From assembly GCF_009914755.1 (NCBI RefSeq), contig NC_060926.1: a stretch of 64,000 nucleotides of DNA; one strand, given 5' to 3'. Under the pieces are notes generated by a model. That model saw nothing but the letters and a program-made list of their open reading frames with translations, was not told the DNA's origin and searched no databases. Each line of letters starts with the position of its first letter. Position 1 is the stretch's first letter. Shown here in pieces: positions 25,707 through 37,774 of this stretch. The position numbers and the translations under genes are program-made. This DNA is from the human T2T-CHM13v2.0 reference genome, Homo sapiens.

Positions 25707-26927
25707 ATGAGTAAAATAAAGAATTTGTTCATATTACACTGATTCTATCAAACTCTTACCACTTGCTTGTGGGTTGATAATAATTTATTCTTGCTTCCAC
25801 TCAAATGGTCCATTGTAAGTGATCAAATTACCTGTGAAGAGTAAACTGGTACCTTACATCTAGGTATTATGTAAATGACAGATAGGGGAAGGAGAGTGAG
25901 GCATTCAGTAAATTGGACAGAAATTGGAACTTTGAAGAAATGGACCAGATAATTAATACTGTAGTTAGCGTGCATTTAACTGCAAACATTAGTTATAATT
26001 TGAGTGGATATGTTGTCCTAGGTCATTGGCTTTCTGGTTAATGCTGAAAATCTGTGGTCTGGAGTTTATTTTGGTTTACAGATAGGTTTTTGCCAATCCC
26101 TTAACCTGAAGAAAGTAAACTTCTCCAAAAAGTTGGAAAATTGATTTACTCAGAACTTAAAGGGGCTAAAAATAGGTTTTAAGGGAATACTAATTCTTAT
26201 GAAAATAAATAAAAGAAAAATGGCAGAAAAATGTTGATTTTGTTTAGCAGTCCAAGATATTTCTGTATGGCTAATTTAGAAAAGACCATGACCCTACATC
26301 TGTAAAACAAAATCAAAAACTGTAGCACATATAAATAAAAGAAATAACTCAGTTTCAGCAGTACAACTTAATGGATACCCATTCTATACAATTCTAAAGC
26401 TCCTAAGTTTGGGGAAACTGAGTCATGGGGGAGGTAATAGGAAATGCCATATGTGGAAATGACAGAATTAATGAAACAGGAGCTCTGTGAAGGCTTAGCC
26501 TCACAGCCTGGTAGCAGAGGGGAGGCGTTCTCAACTTTGGAAGCTCATGGAATCTATGTTGGTTTACAAGGGGAAGAAGTCAGAAATGAACCCAATGTTA
26601 CAACTGCTGTGAGTTAAAGAGACACTTCATGTCTTGAGAAAGGGTGACCATGTAAGTAATAAGAAGGACGTCAACAGCTCATGTCTATATCAATCCGGGC
26701 ACTATCACCAACTTCTATTTCCCCAAAATGTGTTTAATTATAAAATACTCCCTTTAATATCATTTTATAAAGAACAGCTATACTTCATAATTTTGTTTCC
26801 AAATATTGTATGCACTTTCTAGTAGACTTGTAAGAAAATTTTACTTGGGGGCAGAGTTCTATTAAAATCAAGATAGTTCTTGCTGTTAACAAAGGTCTCC
26901 TTTGGGAACAGACCTCTTGGTAAATGG

Positions 26928-27279
26928 TGATATGGTTTGGTGATATGTCCCCACCCAAATCTCATCTCGAATTGTAATCCCCAGGTGTTGAGGGAGAGAC
27001 CCAGTGGAGGTGATTGGATGACGGGAGTGGTTTTACCCATGCTGTTCTCATGATAGTGAATGAGTTCTAAAGAGATTTAATGGTTTCATAAGGGTCTCTT
27101 CCCACTTCACTCTCTTTCTTTCCTGCCACCTTGTGAAGAAGTCGCTTGCTTCCCTTTGCCTTCTGCCATGATTGTAAATTTCCTGAGGCCTTCCCTGCCA
27201 TGTAGCACTGTGAGTAAATTTGTTCATAAATTACCAATCTCAGGTATTCTTTATAGCCGTGTGAAAGTGGATTAATACA
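26928..27279 (+). mobile_element. THE1D-type solo LTR
   Basis: TGATATGGTTTGG...ATTAATACA termini; TSD AATGG/GATGG. Confidence 0.9.
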
Positions 27280-28899
27280 GATGGATTTTGGGAAAAGTTG
27301 TTTTTATGTAATTTGCTGACATATTTTGGCTCTAGAGTGTGTGATTGAGTTGAGATTAAAATTGTATTATTTCCCTATGTCTATGCGTATTTATCTTATT
27401 TCCTCCAATACTCTGTCTATAGTATTTTTTAGAAAAAGAAAGTCATATAATTTTCTAAGCTGAGACTTACATTTGAATACTAGTTTTCTTCTAATGAAAC
27501 AGAGATTGATGTCTATTACATCGATATTCACTTCTCAAGATCATTTGGCTCTTTCTTCCTCCTGTCACTTTTTACTTCCATGGAGGCAGGTATCCTTGAG
27601 ACTCCTTAAGGTGGGCTAGCAGGAAAGGAAATGTAGCAAACAGGGGACTATTTTGCAAGTTATTTTTAATTTCTGATAAAAAGGGTGATTAGTGGAGGAT
27701 GGAAATTACCTTCCAATCTTTGAAGACTAGGTATTTTGTGGGAGCTGCTAACCACAATCCTTCCTGTCTCCAAATAGATTCTGGGACATTAATTTTTTTG
27801 AAAATGAAACAGATCATTAGTGTTTCATTATAATGTTTCACTTATTTATCTGTTCCAGCTAATACCATGCAATGTCTAATAAAAAAAAATTTCATCCTTG
27901 AGCTTCTATTCTTTTGTTTTGCTCTCAGTGTAATTTCTTTTCTGTATATTTGGCAGAATTCAGTAAGAACTCAGTCAACTGCCCTGGAGAGGGCTCAGTC
28001 TTGATATGTCTGCACAGATTCATTCTGAACATATATATGTTTGTATATATATGAATGTAAATGATAGAATGATGAAATGATTATAGAGTAGAAAACTTCA
28101 GGACAAATTCAGGGAACAGGTAAATGAAGTTATATTGCAAAACTTGCAAAAAATACCAGTAATGAACTGTTGTTAAGATCATAGTGTAGCTATTTGTTGG
28201 TGGTGACATTTTTATCTTGTGTTGTATTGAATTTCCATTTTACTGAAGCTCCATTTTCTCATAAGCTTCTTTGACTTGTTTTATCTATTCTACTTTGCTT
28301 CTGAGTAAATTTTGCAATTTTATAAGTTAAAAAATCCTTGCATTTTACATTATTATTGTAGATTTTTAAAAATTATATAATAATGAATGCTTGCATTTCA
28401 TTTTCTTCCACTTGTATTGCTACCAACTATAAGTCATATGCAATGTTATTTATATTTATATTAAAATGTATGTTACTCCAGAGAAAGCATACTCTTGTAT
28501 TCTTACATTGAGGTAGCAAAACACTAAATATATATTTTCATGTGAAAGAACAAAAATGGATTATTGATAAGGATGTAGTATAGATAGATAAACTTGAATA
28601 CATATACATAAATACACATGTATTTAAGAAAGAGTGGTTCTGTATCTAGGGTAATATTTGCTTTGATAACTTTATTGGAAATGCTTTTTTAAATGCCTTG
28701 TTTAGAACCAGCTTGTGTTTCTTCTATCAGTGACCACATAGGGATATTATGGAGTGTTATATCAAATTTATATCCTACTCCACAGCTCCTGAAGAGTTAA
28801 AAACTCTAACAAGCTAAAGTAGGCTGACCTGGGGAAGAACTTGAAACCAAGTTTAACAATAGATTTTATATTATCAGCCTTTGGTAGGTCTACATTTTG

Positions 28900-29075
28900 T
28901 AACATACTCAAATAATAAAAATGGTAAAGGTAACAATAGTGCATGTAATATTTGTGTGGGTGTGTGGTACAATATTAAAAAAAATGTGTAAAGCATTTAA
29001 TGATTTAATGCCATTTTTGGCCCATGATAGGCACTTAAGAAATGGTGGTAATAGTGATTTGTTATGATTATTATT
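28900..29075 (+). mobile_element. MIR 3' fragment
   Basis: ATGTGTAAAGCATTTA...TGGCCCATGATAGGCACTTAAGAAATGGTGG..TATTATT. Confidence 0.55.
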
Positions 29076-32000
29076 CACAGATGGTGATAGATCTTAATTA
29101 ACATACAACTAATAGTTAAAATAATTTGTAACAAGAAAATATCGATAACTAATATATAAGTAGGATAAATATAATAGATATGAAAAAATGGGATTGATTT
29201 GTTTAATATAGACTGCAACATACATTTCATTCTCACTGTACTTGTGATATAGGTAAAACTCAAGAGAAAGTTATGACTATCCATACAGCAAATCATCAGT
29301 AATAAGGTGAAAATACAAGAAAACACAAAGGGTTAATTTTTTGACTTTAAAAATCTATTGCAGTAGCTTAAATAATGTAAATACTTTAGCTAGTAAAATA
29401 AACGTAATAGAATTTTTCCTTCACTAATTTCAGGATATTTTCATTGGAAAGAATATCACATGTCTAATCTAAATAATGGCCATGTCTACATAGAGCCAAC
29501 TACCTTTAGAATAGGAGAAAGCCATCTTCCAGGTCTTTGTTGTACATGAATAATGTAAGGTGTCTGGATACTTGAAAGAGATAAATACAATATTTGTATG
29601 ATGGAAAACATTGTTCTCTTTACCAAGATGTATTTGGACATTTTAGAGTTTACCTATATTATCTATGATATAATGTGTATCATGTCAAAAATATCCATTG
29701 TTGTTGGTGTGATCCAGAGTTTGTTTGCCTGGTATGGCAGTCACTAAAGTATTTGAGATATATGCATGCCCAAACCTTCAACTATGTCAGCAGAATGGAC
29801 TTCTAATTTTACTCTGGCAGGCTAACTCACTGTCAACCCATGGCTAAAAGAGTCACAAGGATTTGTAGAGAAGGATAGCATTGATGGGATGCCATAGAAA
29901 TTCATGCTGCACCTGTTCTCAAAAATAGAGCTTCCTGTCTTTCCAGCTTTCAATATAGCACCTTCCACTGATACTAAATTTGTTGATTATTAAAAAAAGG
30001 AAGAACTATACAAACAGACAGGGAAATAAGGTGCCTGTAACACCCCCTGTTGAAAGCTGCATTACTTATTCCGCTTGAATGAATTTATATTGGATAAATC
30101 TAGTACGAAGTGAAAACCCTATTTCCAGCTGAGACTTAAAGATGTTTTACTAAAACATGCTTAAGCAAATGCATTTTGATGCCTCACAAGGAGGATACAC
30201 ACAGAGCTGTCTTTGGGGAAGTTCAATAAAGTGTGTATCGGCAGCTAAAGAAAGATGTTCTCTATCTGATTTGCACTCATAGATTTGCATCAACTTAATT
30301 TAAAATTCCTTGTATGCACAGGAGAAATGGTTAAATATGACTTTCGGATGATACCTAACAAGGGAAAGTAACTTTTCCATTTCCGTTCAGTAGTTAGTCA
30401 TGCTGCTGAAACCCCGAATGCTCACCCAGAAGAGTTCCTTTGCAGTGAAAGCCTAAGTGAGATTGCACCTTCAACTGGCATCACTCCACCTTACAGGATC
30501 CTGAAAGCTTTCAAATCCACCTCAAGCCCAGGCAGTGTCAAAGAAGGAGAGGAATTGAAGAAGCAAAAATAAATATTAAAGTACATAAGAATTAAATATT
30601 ACCTTTTTAAATAGCAATTATGCAGTTGAAAACAAGATCATCACACCTGTACAAGAAAAGGCATGCAAGCCCAAAACATCTGCTTGGATCCACCTGCCAG
30701 GCACCTGTTTTGCTGTTTCAATGCCATTTGATTGCTGGAGATGTAGAGGCTCTTGTGAGGTAATGAGTGATTTTACATTATGCATGATTGAAAACAGGTG
30801 TTCTAATGCTGCACAATTCTATGCATGAATAATTCAGTTTGTTTAGAGCAAGATCTTTAAAAGAAGTACTGCATGGGCTTTATTATTTCTATAAACACGA
30901 AGGTTATTTTTTTTAAAGTATGACGATTGTTCCTTTGCAGCCAGCTTGTTTATGGCAATTTTTGTGTAATTTTATGGATGAGGAATAATATCCTGAAAGG
31001 TAAAATTGATCACACTTAAAATATGTAAGAAGTAAAATTGAAAGGTCTGTTAGCAAGAGGAAAACAGTATTAAAATTCAATGTTCTAAGTAAAAATGTCT
31101 GATTATTTCCTTCCTGCTTTGCCTGCTTTCTCATGGTAACAAAACATTCGTCTGAGGGCTATAATTAGGGAGGGGTGAACTATCTGGGAAAATAGAGAAA
31201 TTGTTTTGTATCTCAGCCCTAACACTAAGCAGAGCCCAGACTTCCTTAAAGATAGAACTGATCTTAGTCAGCAGCCTTTCTCTCCTTAGTTATCATGAGT
31301 TCACACCCTCTTGTAATCCACTATCAGGACATCACTGATGGAGACAATCCCTTTTGCTCTGATTCCCACTTAACGTTTTGTCTACCCTGGCTTCATAGGG
31401 TCAGAAGTGTTATTATCAGAGTGTTGTGTTTCAAATAACATGTAATGTCCATAAATTCTCAATGTTAATAGCTAGAACCTCACTTAAAAGACAAAAGGAG
31501 TTATCTTAGAGACCAAAGACACTATTGTCTTGAACCACATATGATTAAATATTTAAAATGTCTAAGGTGTGAGAGATAGAAAACTTATGTAGTTCAATTA
31601 ATACTGTTTAAGTAATAGAAGACAAAGGAGAGCTATAGTCATGTTGCTGTTACTAGTTTATATTTGTTGAGTGTTTCATACCACATAAACCATAGTATGA
31701 GAGAGTTATTGACACATACTAATCCCTTCCTAAAATATACCAACTCAGCAAGTAGTCAGCTCTGAGCTTTGAGGTTTGGCTACCTTCCCTCACTTTAAGA
31801 GTTATGGGTTCCTTCACAGGGGATCTATTATTGAAAAGCTTTCCAGTTAGAAGTAAATTGTAAGACAGGTCCTTCATGTGGGGAGCAACACTGGGAAAGT
31901 CACAAAGAAAAATAGAAGATTTGGTAAGAAGGAGAGCGCTTTTATTGCTATTGACACAGTGAATTGACCTTATTCCCTCCCAAGGGGATAAGGTTGGAGA

Positions 32001-32260
32001 GAAGGTCTTTACAAGTCTTCGCCAAATCCAAGCATTGGCCTCATTAACTCAGAGAATCAATGCCAGGAAGGGATTCAGGAATCTGGACTAAGGGACATAA
32101 GTAACCAGAAGATAGACATGTTGGTCTGGCAATCCTGACCTAGCATAAAATGTTCACTTTTTCTCAAAGTTAAGATTTCAAAGCTTTCTTTCTGAATTTG
32201 CTAAACATTAATATAAAATATTTTTAAAATATACATCTCAATGCTGATGGATACCTGAAG

Positions 32261-32352
32261 TATTAAGTTGAATCATACAAAATTGAAAATCATCCTACAA
32301 ATTTTTGTTAGTCAATGATGGTTAAATATTAGATCTTTCATATGGTTCAGTC
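32261..32352. mobile_element. MADE2 mariner MITE
   Basis: TATTAAGTTGAATCATACAAAATTG ... TTTCATATGGTTCA inverted termini. Confidence 0.6.
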
Positions 32353-32589
32353 TCTCTCTGCTAAGAGTTCCTTAATTTGAGGAATCATGTTTTCTTGAAT
32401 ACTATAAACCATACCCTTTCATTGCATGAAATACATAACTAGTAAGAAAAGCAATGCTCTCTGATAGAATTAAATGCAGTGACAGAGTGAAGCACATGTT
32501 CAGCAACCACTTATAAAGAGAAGGCTTAGCAACCATGCTAGAGTTTGGAAAATACTTCACCTCATATTAGGAGGTGGAATTAATTACTA

Positions 32590-32894
32590 TCCCCGTGAAT
32601 CTAACCTGTTCTTAATGAATTGTGTCACCAATAGATTGAAGCAGAGCTTTGCAACTTCTGAGTGGGTCTCTCATAAGGATCCTGTTAGGACCCTTTCGCT
32701 AAGAACTCAGCCATCATGATGTAGGAATCTACATGGTGAGATTGTGTATAGGATAGGCACCCTGGTCAACAGCCTCATCTGTGCTCTCAGCTAATTGCCA
32801 ACATCAGCTTTCAGTCCTATGAGGGAGCCAATTCAGATGTCCCTCCCAGTCTTTGAATGACTCCAGTCCCACCCACCTTCTGAGTGCCAATGCT
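32590..32894 (+). mobile_element. MLT1H-type LTR fragment
   Basis: GAACTCAGCCATCATG...CTGGTCAACAGCC...GCCAACATCAGC..GAGCCA..CAGATG. Confidence 0.6.
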
Positions 32895-33177
32895 TGGTTG
32901 GTTAAATATGGCTGCAAATACTTTGACACTCTTCCCATTGAGAGATGGGGTCTATTTTCCCTCTTGGTGAATTTTGTATGGGTTTTGACTTTTTGGACCA
33001 TAGAATATGGCAAAAGTGATGCTGTGCTAGCTGTAGGTGTACTTTCAAAGGACTGTCAGTTTCTGTTCCTTTTGTTTATAAATAGTTGTTCTTAAAGGTA
33101 AACTTCCATGTAAGAAGTGAGAACATCTTAAATTCACTGTGCTGTAAGGAGCCCATCCACTCTAAGATGCTCTAAAG

Positions 33178-33390
33178 CAGGGGTGTCCAATCTTTTGCTT
33201 TTCTGGACCACAATGGAAGAATTGTCTTGGGGCACAAGTAAAATACACTAACAGTAATGATAGCTTATGGGCTAAAATAAAAATCACACAAAAACGCATG
33301 TTTTAAAAAAGTTTATGAATTTGTGTTGGGCCACATTCAAAGCCATCCTGGGACCCATGTGGCCCATGGGCTATGGGTTGGACAAGCTTG
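33178..33390. mobile_element. MER30 hAT MITE
   Basis: CAGGGGTGTCCAA...TTGGACAAGCTTG termini; 8-bp TSD CTCTAAAG/CTCTAGAT. Confidence 0.9.
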
Positions 33391-33427
33391 CTCTAGATAA
33401 TGAAACACAAAGTGAAGTGTGGGTAAG

Positions 33428-33870
33428 GGAAATGTGAAAGGGAGGGACATGAAATTTGGGAGAGGCCAGGGGCAGAATGATATGGTTAGGCTTTGTGTTC
33501 CCACCCAAACCTCATCTTGAACTGTAATCCCCATAATCCCCATAATCTCTACATGTCAAAGGAGAGAGCAGGTAGAGGTAATTTATTCATGGGGATGGTT
33601 CCCCCATGCTGTTCTTATGATAGTGAGTGAGTTCTCACAAGATCGGATGGTTTTATATAGGGCTCTTCCCCCTTCACTTAGCACTCCTCCTTCCTGCTGC
33701 CTTGTGAAGAAAGTACCTTGCCTTCTCTTCACTTTTAGTCATGATTGTAAGTTTCCTGAGGCCTTCCTTAGCTATGCTGAACTGTGAGTCAATTAAAGAT
33801 ATTTCCTTTATAAATTACCCCATCTCAGGCAGTTCTTTTAAGCAATTATTTATGTAAACAGACTAATACA
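33428..33870 (+). mobile_element. THE1D-type LTR (33478-33870) preceded by about 50 bp of THE1/MST internal 3' end with PPT
   Basis: GGACATGAAATTTGGGAGAGGCCAGGGGCAGAA|TGATATGG...GACTAATACA. Confidence 0.88.
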
Positions 33871-34084
33871 GTAAAGAAGCCATCTTGGAAGTAGATTCTC
33901 CAGCCCCTGCAGCTCCAGTTGATGCCATGTGGATCAGAGATGATCCATTCAATCAAGCCCTTTTGAGTTCCTGACTCATCAATCTATGAGTAAAATAAAA
34001 TGGTTGTCTGAGATCAATAAGTTTTATGGACATTTGTCATGAAGCAATAGATAGAAGAAACAGAATAAAACTTTAAGATATAAT

Positions 34085-34215
34085 CAAGCTTCAGTTACTA
34101 AATATGTTTGCGGATTTGAAAAATTAGTTAACATTTCAGCCTTAATTTTATCATCTCAAAAATGGAATAGTGATCTCATCCATATCTAAGGGTTGTTGGG
34201 AAAATGAAAACATGT
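34085..34215 (+). mobile_element. MIR fragment
   Basis: GCCTTAATTTTATCATCTCAAAAATGGAATAG...AGGGTTGTTGGGAAAATGAAA. Confidence 0.55.
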
Positions 34216-34560
34216 TGATATGGTTTGGTTCTATGTCCCCACCCAAATCTCACCTTGAATTGTACTCTCATAATTCCCATGTGTTGTGGGAGGGACCCGG
34301 TGGGAGATAATTGAATCATGGGAGCAGTTTATCCCATAGTGTTCTAGTGGTAGTGAATAAGTCCCATGAGATCTTATAGTTTATTGAGGGGAAACCCATT
34401 TCACTTGGCTTTCATTCTCTGTCTTTGCTTCCTGTCATCCATGTAAGACTTGACTTTCTCCTCCTTGCCTTCTGCCATGATTGTGAGGCTTCCCCAGCCA
34501 CATGGAATTATAAGTCCAGTTAAAACTCTTTATTTTGTAAACTTCCCAGTCTTGGGTATA

Positions 34561-34562
<2 letters not shown>
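34216..34562 (+). mobile_element. THE1B LTR lacking its last ~30 bp
   Basis: TGATATGGTTTGG start, THE1B body, stops at CTTGGGTATATC where an Alu tail begins. Confidence 0.9.
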
Positions 34563-34609
<47 letters not shown>

Positions 34610-34887
34610 GACAGAGTCTCACTCTGTCGCCCAGGCTAGAGTGCAGTGGCGCGATCTCGGCTCACTGCAAGCTCCGCCTTCTGGGTTCATGCCATTCTCC
34701 TGCCTCAGCCTCCTGAGTAGCTGGGACTACAGGGGCCCGCCACCATGCCTGGCTAACTTTTTGTATTTTTAGTAGAGAGGGGTTTCACCATATTAGCCAG
34801 GATGGTCTCGATCTCCTGCCCTTGTGATCCACCCGCCTCGGCCTCCCAAAGTGCTAGGATTACAGGCGTGAGCCACCTCATCCAGCC
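34563..34887 (-). mobile_element. AluY with pure 44-nt poly(A) tail and no TSD
   Basis: AluY diagnostics GCAAGCTCCGCC, CATGCCATTCTCC, TTAGCCAGGATGGTCTCGATCTCCTG; T44 at 34563-34606. Confidence 0.95.
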
Positions 34888-35022
34888 TACTTAATCCCTT
34901 TTGCCTTTATTTTTCTTTATCTAGTACCAACTCACTGAGCTTTTATGAGGATGAACCGAATTAATATCTGCAAAGTGCTTAGAATACAACCTGGCACACA
35001 GCAAATACATGTAAGTGTTTGC
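34888..35022 (+). mobile_element. MIR fragment (5' part missing)
   Basis: ATGAGGATGAA...TGCAAAGTGCTTAGAATACAACCTGGCACACAG. Confidence 0.7.
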
Positions 35023-37139
35023 AAAATAAATATTCTAGTTATAACTTTTAATATAAATATTAATTTGTTTTGAAGATGACAAAATTTGAGTCTAAACAAG
35101 TTAAATGTCTTACAGACTCTTCAGAGCTAGGTCACAATAGGACAACATTTAGAAGAGAAAAGAAAAATACAAAAATTATTCAAATCATATGGATATAATA
35201 AAAATGAAGTTTTATATGAGGGGTTAAGGATTACATATAAGTTTTTAAGGTCATTAAAATTGCCATCCTACTTTGGAATAGATTAGTATATAAAAAGATA
35301 AGATTCAGAAAATTTAGAGTTGTACAAAGTTACGGTTATTTGAAATAATGATTCAAATTAGGTTGGATCCTCGATATTGGCACAAATGGTACTGTTTCTG
35401 GAATTTCAAACCAAATCAAACTACCTGACAATTATTTCCAAGTTTAGAAAACTTAAATGAAGTAAACAAAATGGAAAGCTGCAAATAAATATTATTGAAT
35501 TAAATTATATTAGAAGAGGTTTTATAGTACTGTGTGAGGCACTGCAAATAGTTAAGAAGAAGTTAAGCAAAATGCTGGCTTCTGAAATCTCAGGGTTCAG
35601 TTAAGGAATGAAGATCTGAATAATTTAATCACCGAAGGATAGGAGAGGCTGACCAGTCCAAGTGAGAAGTGGAATAATTGTCTGGAGAAAACAAATGGAA
35701 AGAAAAGAGTGTCCAGTAGTCATACACAGAGGGAAGGGGTGACAAATAAACAAGCGCATTTGTTTGCAGATTAATTTGAAAAACAAATGTGAGTACAGAG
35801 GTATAAAATTACTATTGTCCACCTATGAGAAATACCTGCGCATCTGGTAAGACTTGGTCTTGCCCTCCAGGTCGGTCTTACTAACTGCTTCTGACCTAAT
35901 GGCTTCACCTACTCTCCTCCCATTAGTTGCTTTCCTTAAAATCTATCTCAGAGTATACTTTTTTGATTTGCTCATACATTGCAGACAGGAAAAACTAACA
36001 AAACAATAACACTTAGATGTCAACTAGGCATGAATGTCAAGTCATAAATTTAGGTACAAAGGACTTTAATTTTATATTCATATAACTGAATTTATTTTAT
36101 CTTTTGAGCTTCCTTTTGCCATGTATTGAAAATTAAATTGCTGCTGAATGGTCACTCATCCCTAAACTCAGTCCTTGAGAAAGGAGGACCTAGTGTTAAA
36201 ACTATATGGGCAAGAGATAGGTGGAGGTCGGGCAGGGCAAAAGGAATCTGGTCCAGGTTGACAGCATTCGTCCACACTGACACCTGTTGAGACTTAGATC
36301 ACACCACCTGATCTCTACTTCTGAATATGTGCACATCGCCACTATTTTTTCTTTATTGCAAACTCATGGTCTCTCCAGGTCAGCTCTCTCATAGGAAATA
36401 TTGTTCTTTCCTCAGGCAGCAAGACAAGTTTACCTGCTTCCACCCTAACATTCTTGGAAATGTGCTGCAACTAGTCTTTTTATCTAGATGATCCATGATA
36501 CGATTTGTATGCTGCTACCCTTTCCAGTGCTGAATAGTGAGAAACTCCATATCTTGCCCTGGACTTTATCTGGATTTGGGGGTACATTTCCTTTTTCTCT
36601 TAGACACCCCACCCTATCCAAGGTTTCTGTCATCCTTGCTTTTTTCCCTGCCCTTCCCATCAACCTGTGGAATGATTTTGTATTATCTGTGGAGACCTTC
36701 TCTTATTTATGAGGAATTAATCTAAGCCTTTTCTTTTGTGTCACAAGTAATTTAGTGCTTAGAAACACAATAATCTGAGAGTTCTTGCAATTCCAAAGCC
36801 CTTTTAAAGCTCAAGATATTTTCTGCTTCCGATTTATCAACCTTTCTTGAGACAACTGATGGATCATGGCCCAGAAGATAAAAGAAAGGTCATTGAATAA
36901 CAGGAGATAACAGGGAAAATTTATATCAGTTAATATTAATGCTTATCCAGCTTTTTATAAATCAGCAAATCATATTTCTGTACCTGGTTATAGCCAACTT
37001 CAAAAATTTCTCCTATGTGTTTCCTCATAAGTTTAAGTCTCTGAAGACAAATCTTTTTTTAGGCCTTTGTGCATTCAACTCACATGGCTTCTTCTGCCTC
37101 AATCTGCCACTTTCTTCCTCTTTCCTGGGTAATTCCACA

Positions 37140-37395
37140 TTGTAGTAGATCATCTTGGGAAAGAGGGTGGTTTCTGGGTTTAGACCTTGTTGGTTCAGCT
37201 CTACCACTTACTCCATGGGAGGTATCGGGCAAATTATTTAAACTCACTCTGCCCCTACTTTCATCATCTGCAAAATGGGAATAGTCAGAGTCCATTCCTC
37301 AAGGGTTTATCATGAGGATTAAATAAAATAATATGGATAAAGTACTTAAATGGTGTCTGGTGTGTAGAAAGCACTCAGTAAGCATTATCTATTTT
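37140..37395 (+). mobile_element. MIRb
   Basis: CAGCTCTACCACTTACT...GGGCAAATTATTTAAACTC...CATCTGCAAAATGGGAATA...GAGGATTAAAT. Confidence 0.8.
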
Positions 37396-37442
37396 CACTC
37401 ACCTTTAAAGGCTCACTCAATTCTGCTGTTTCCAGATAATAG

Positions 37443-37774
<332 letters not shown>

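Larger units (their letters stand above)
32895..34062 (+). mobile_element. MLT1G-type LTR split by MER30 and a THE1 element
   Basis: ATGGCTGCAAATACTTTGACACTCTTCCCATTGAGAGATGGGGTCTA (5' part); GAAGCCATCTTGGAAGTAGAT...GCAATAGATAGAAGAAACA (3' part). Confidence 0.75.
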
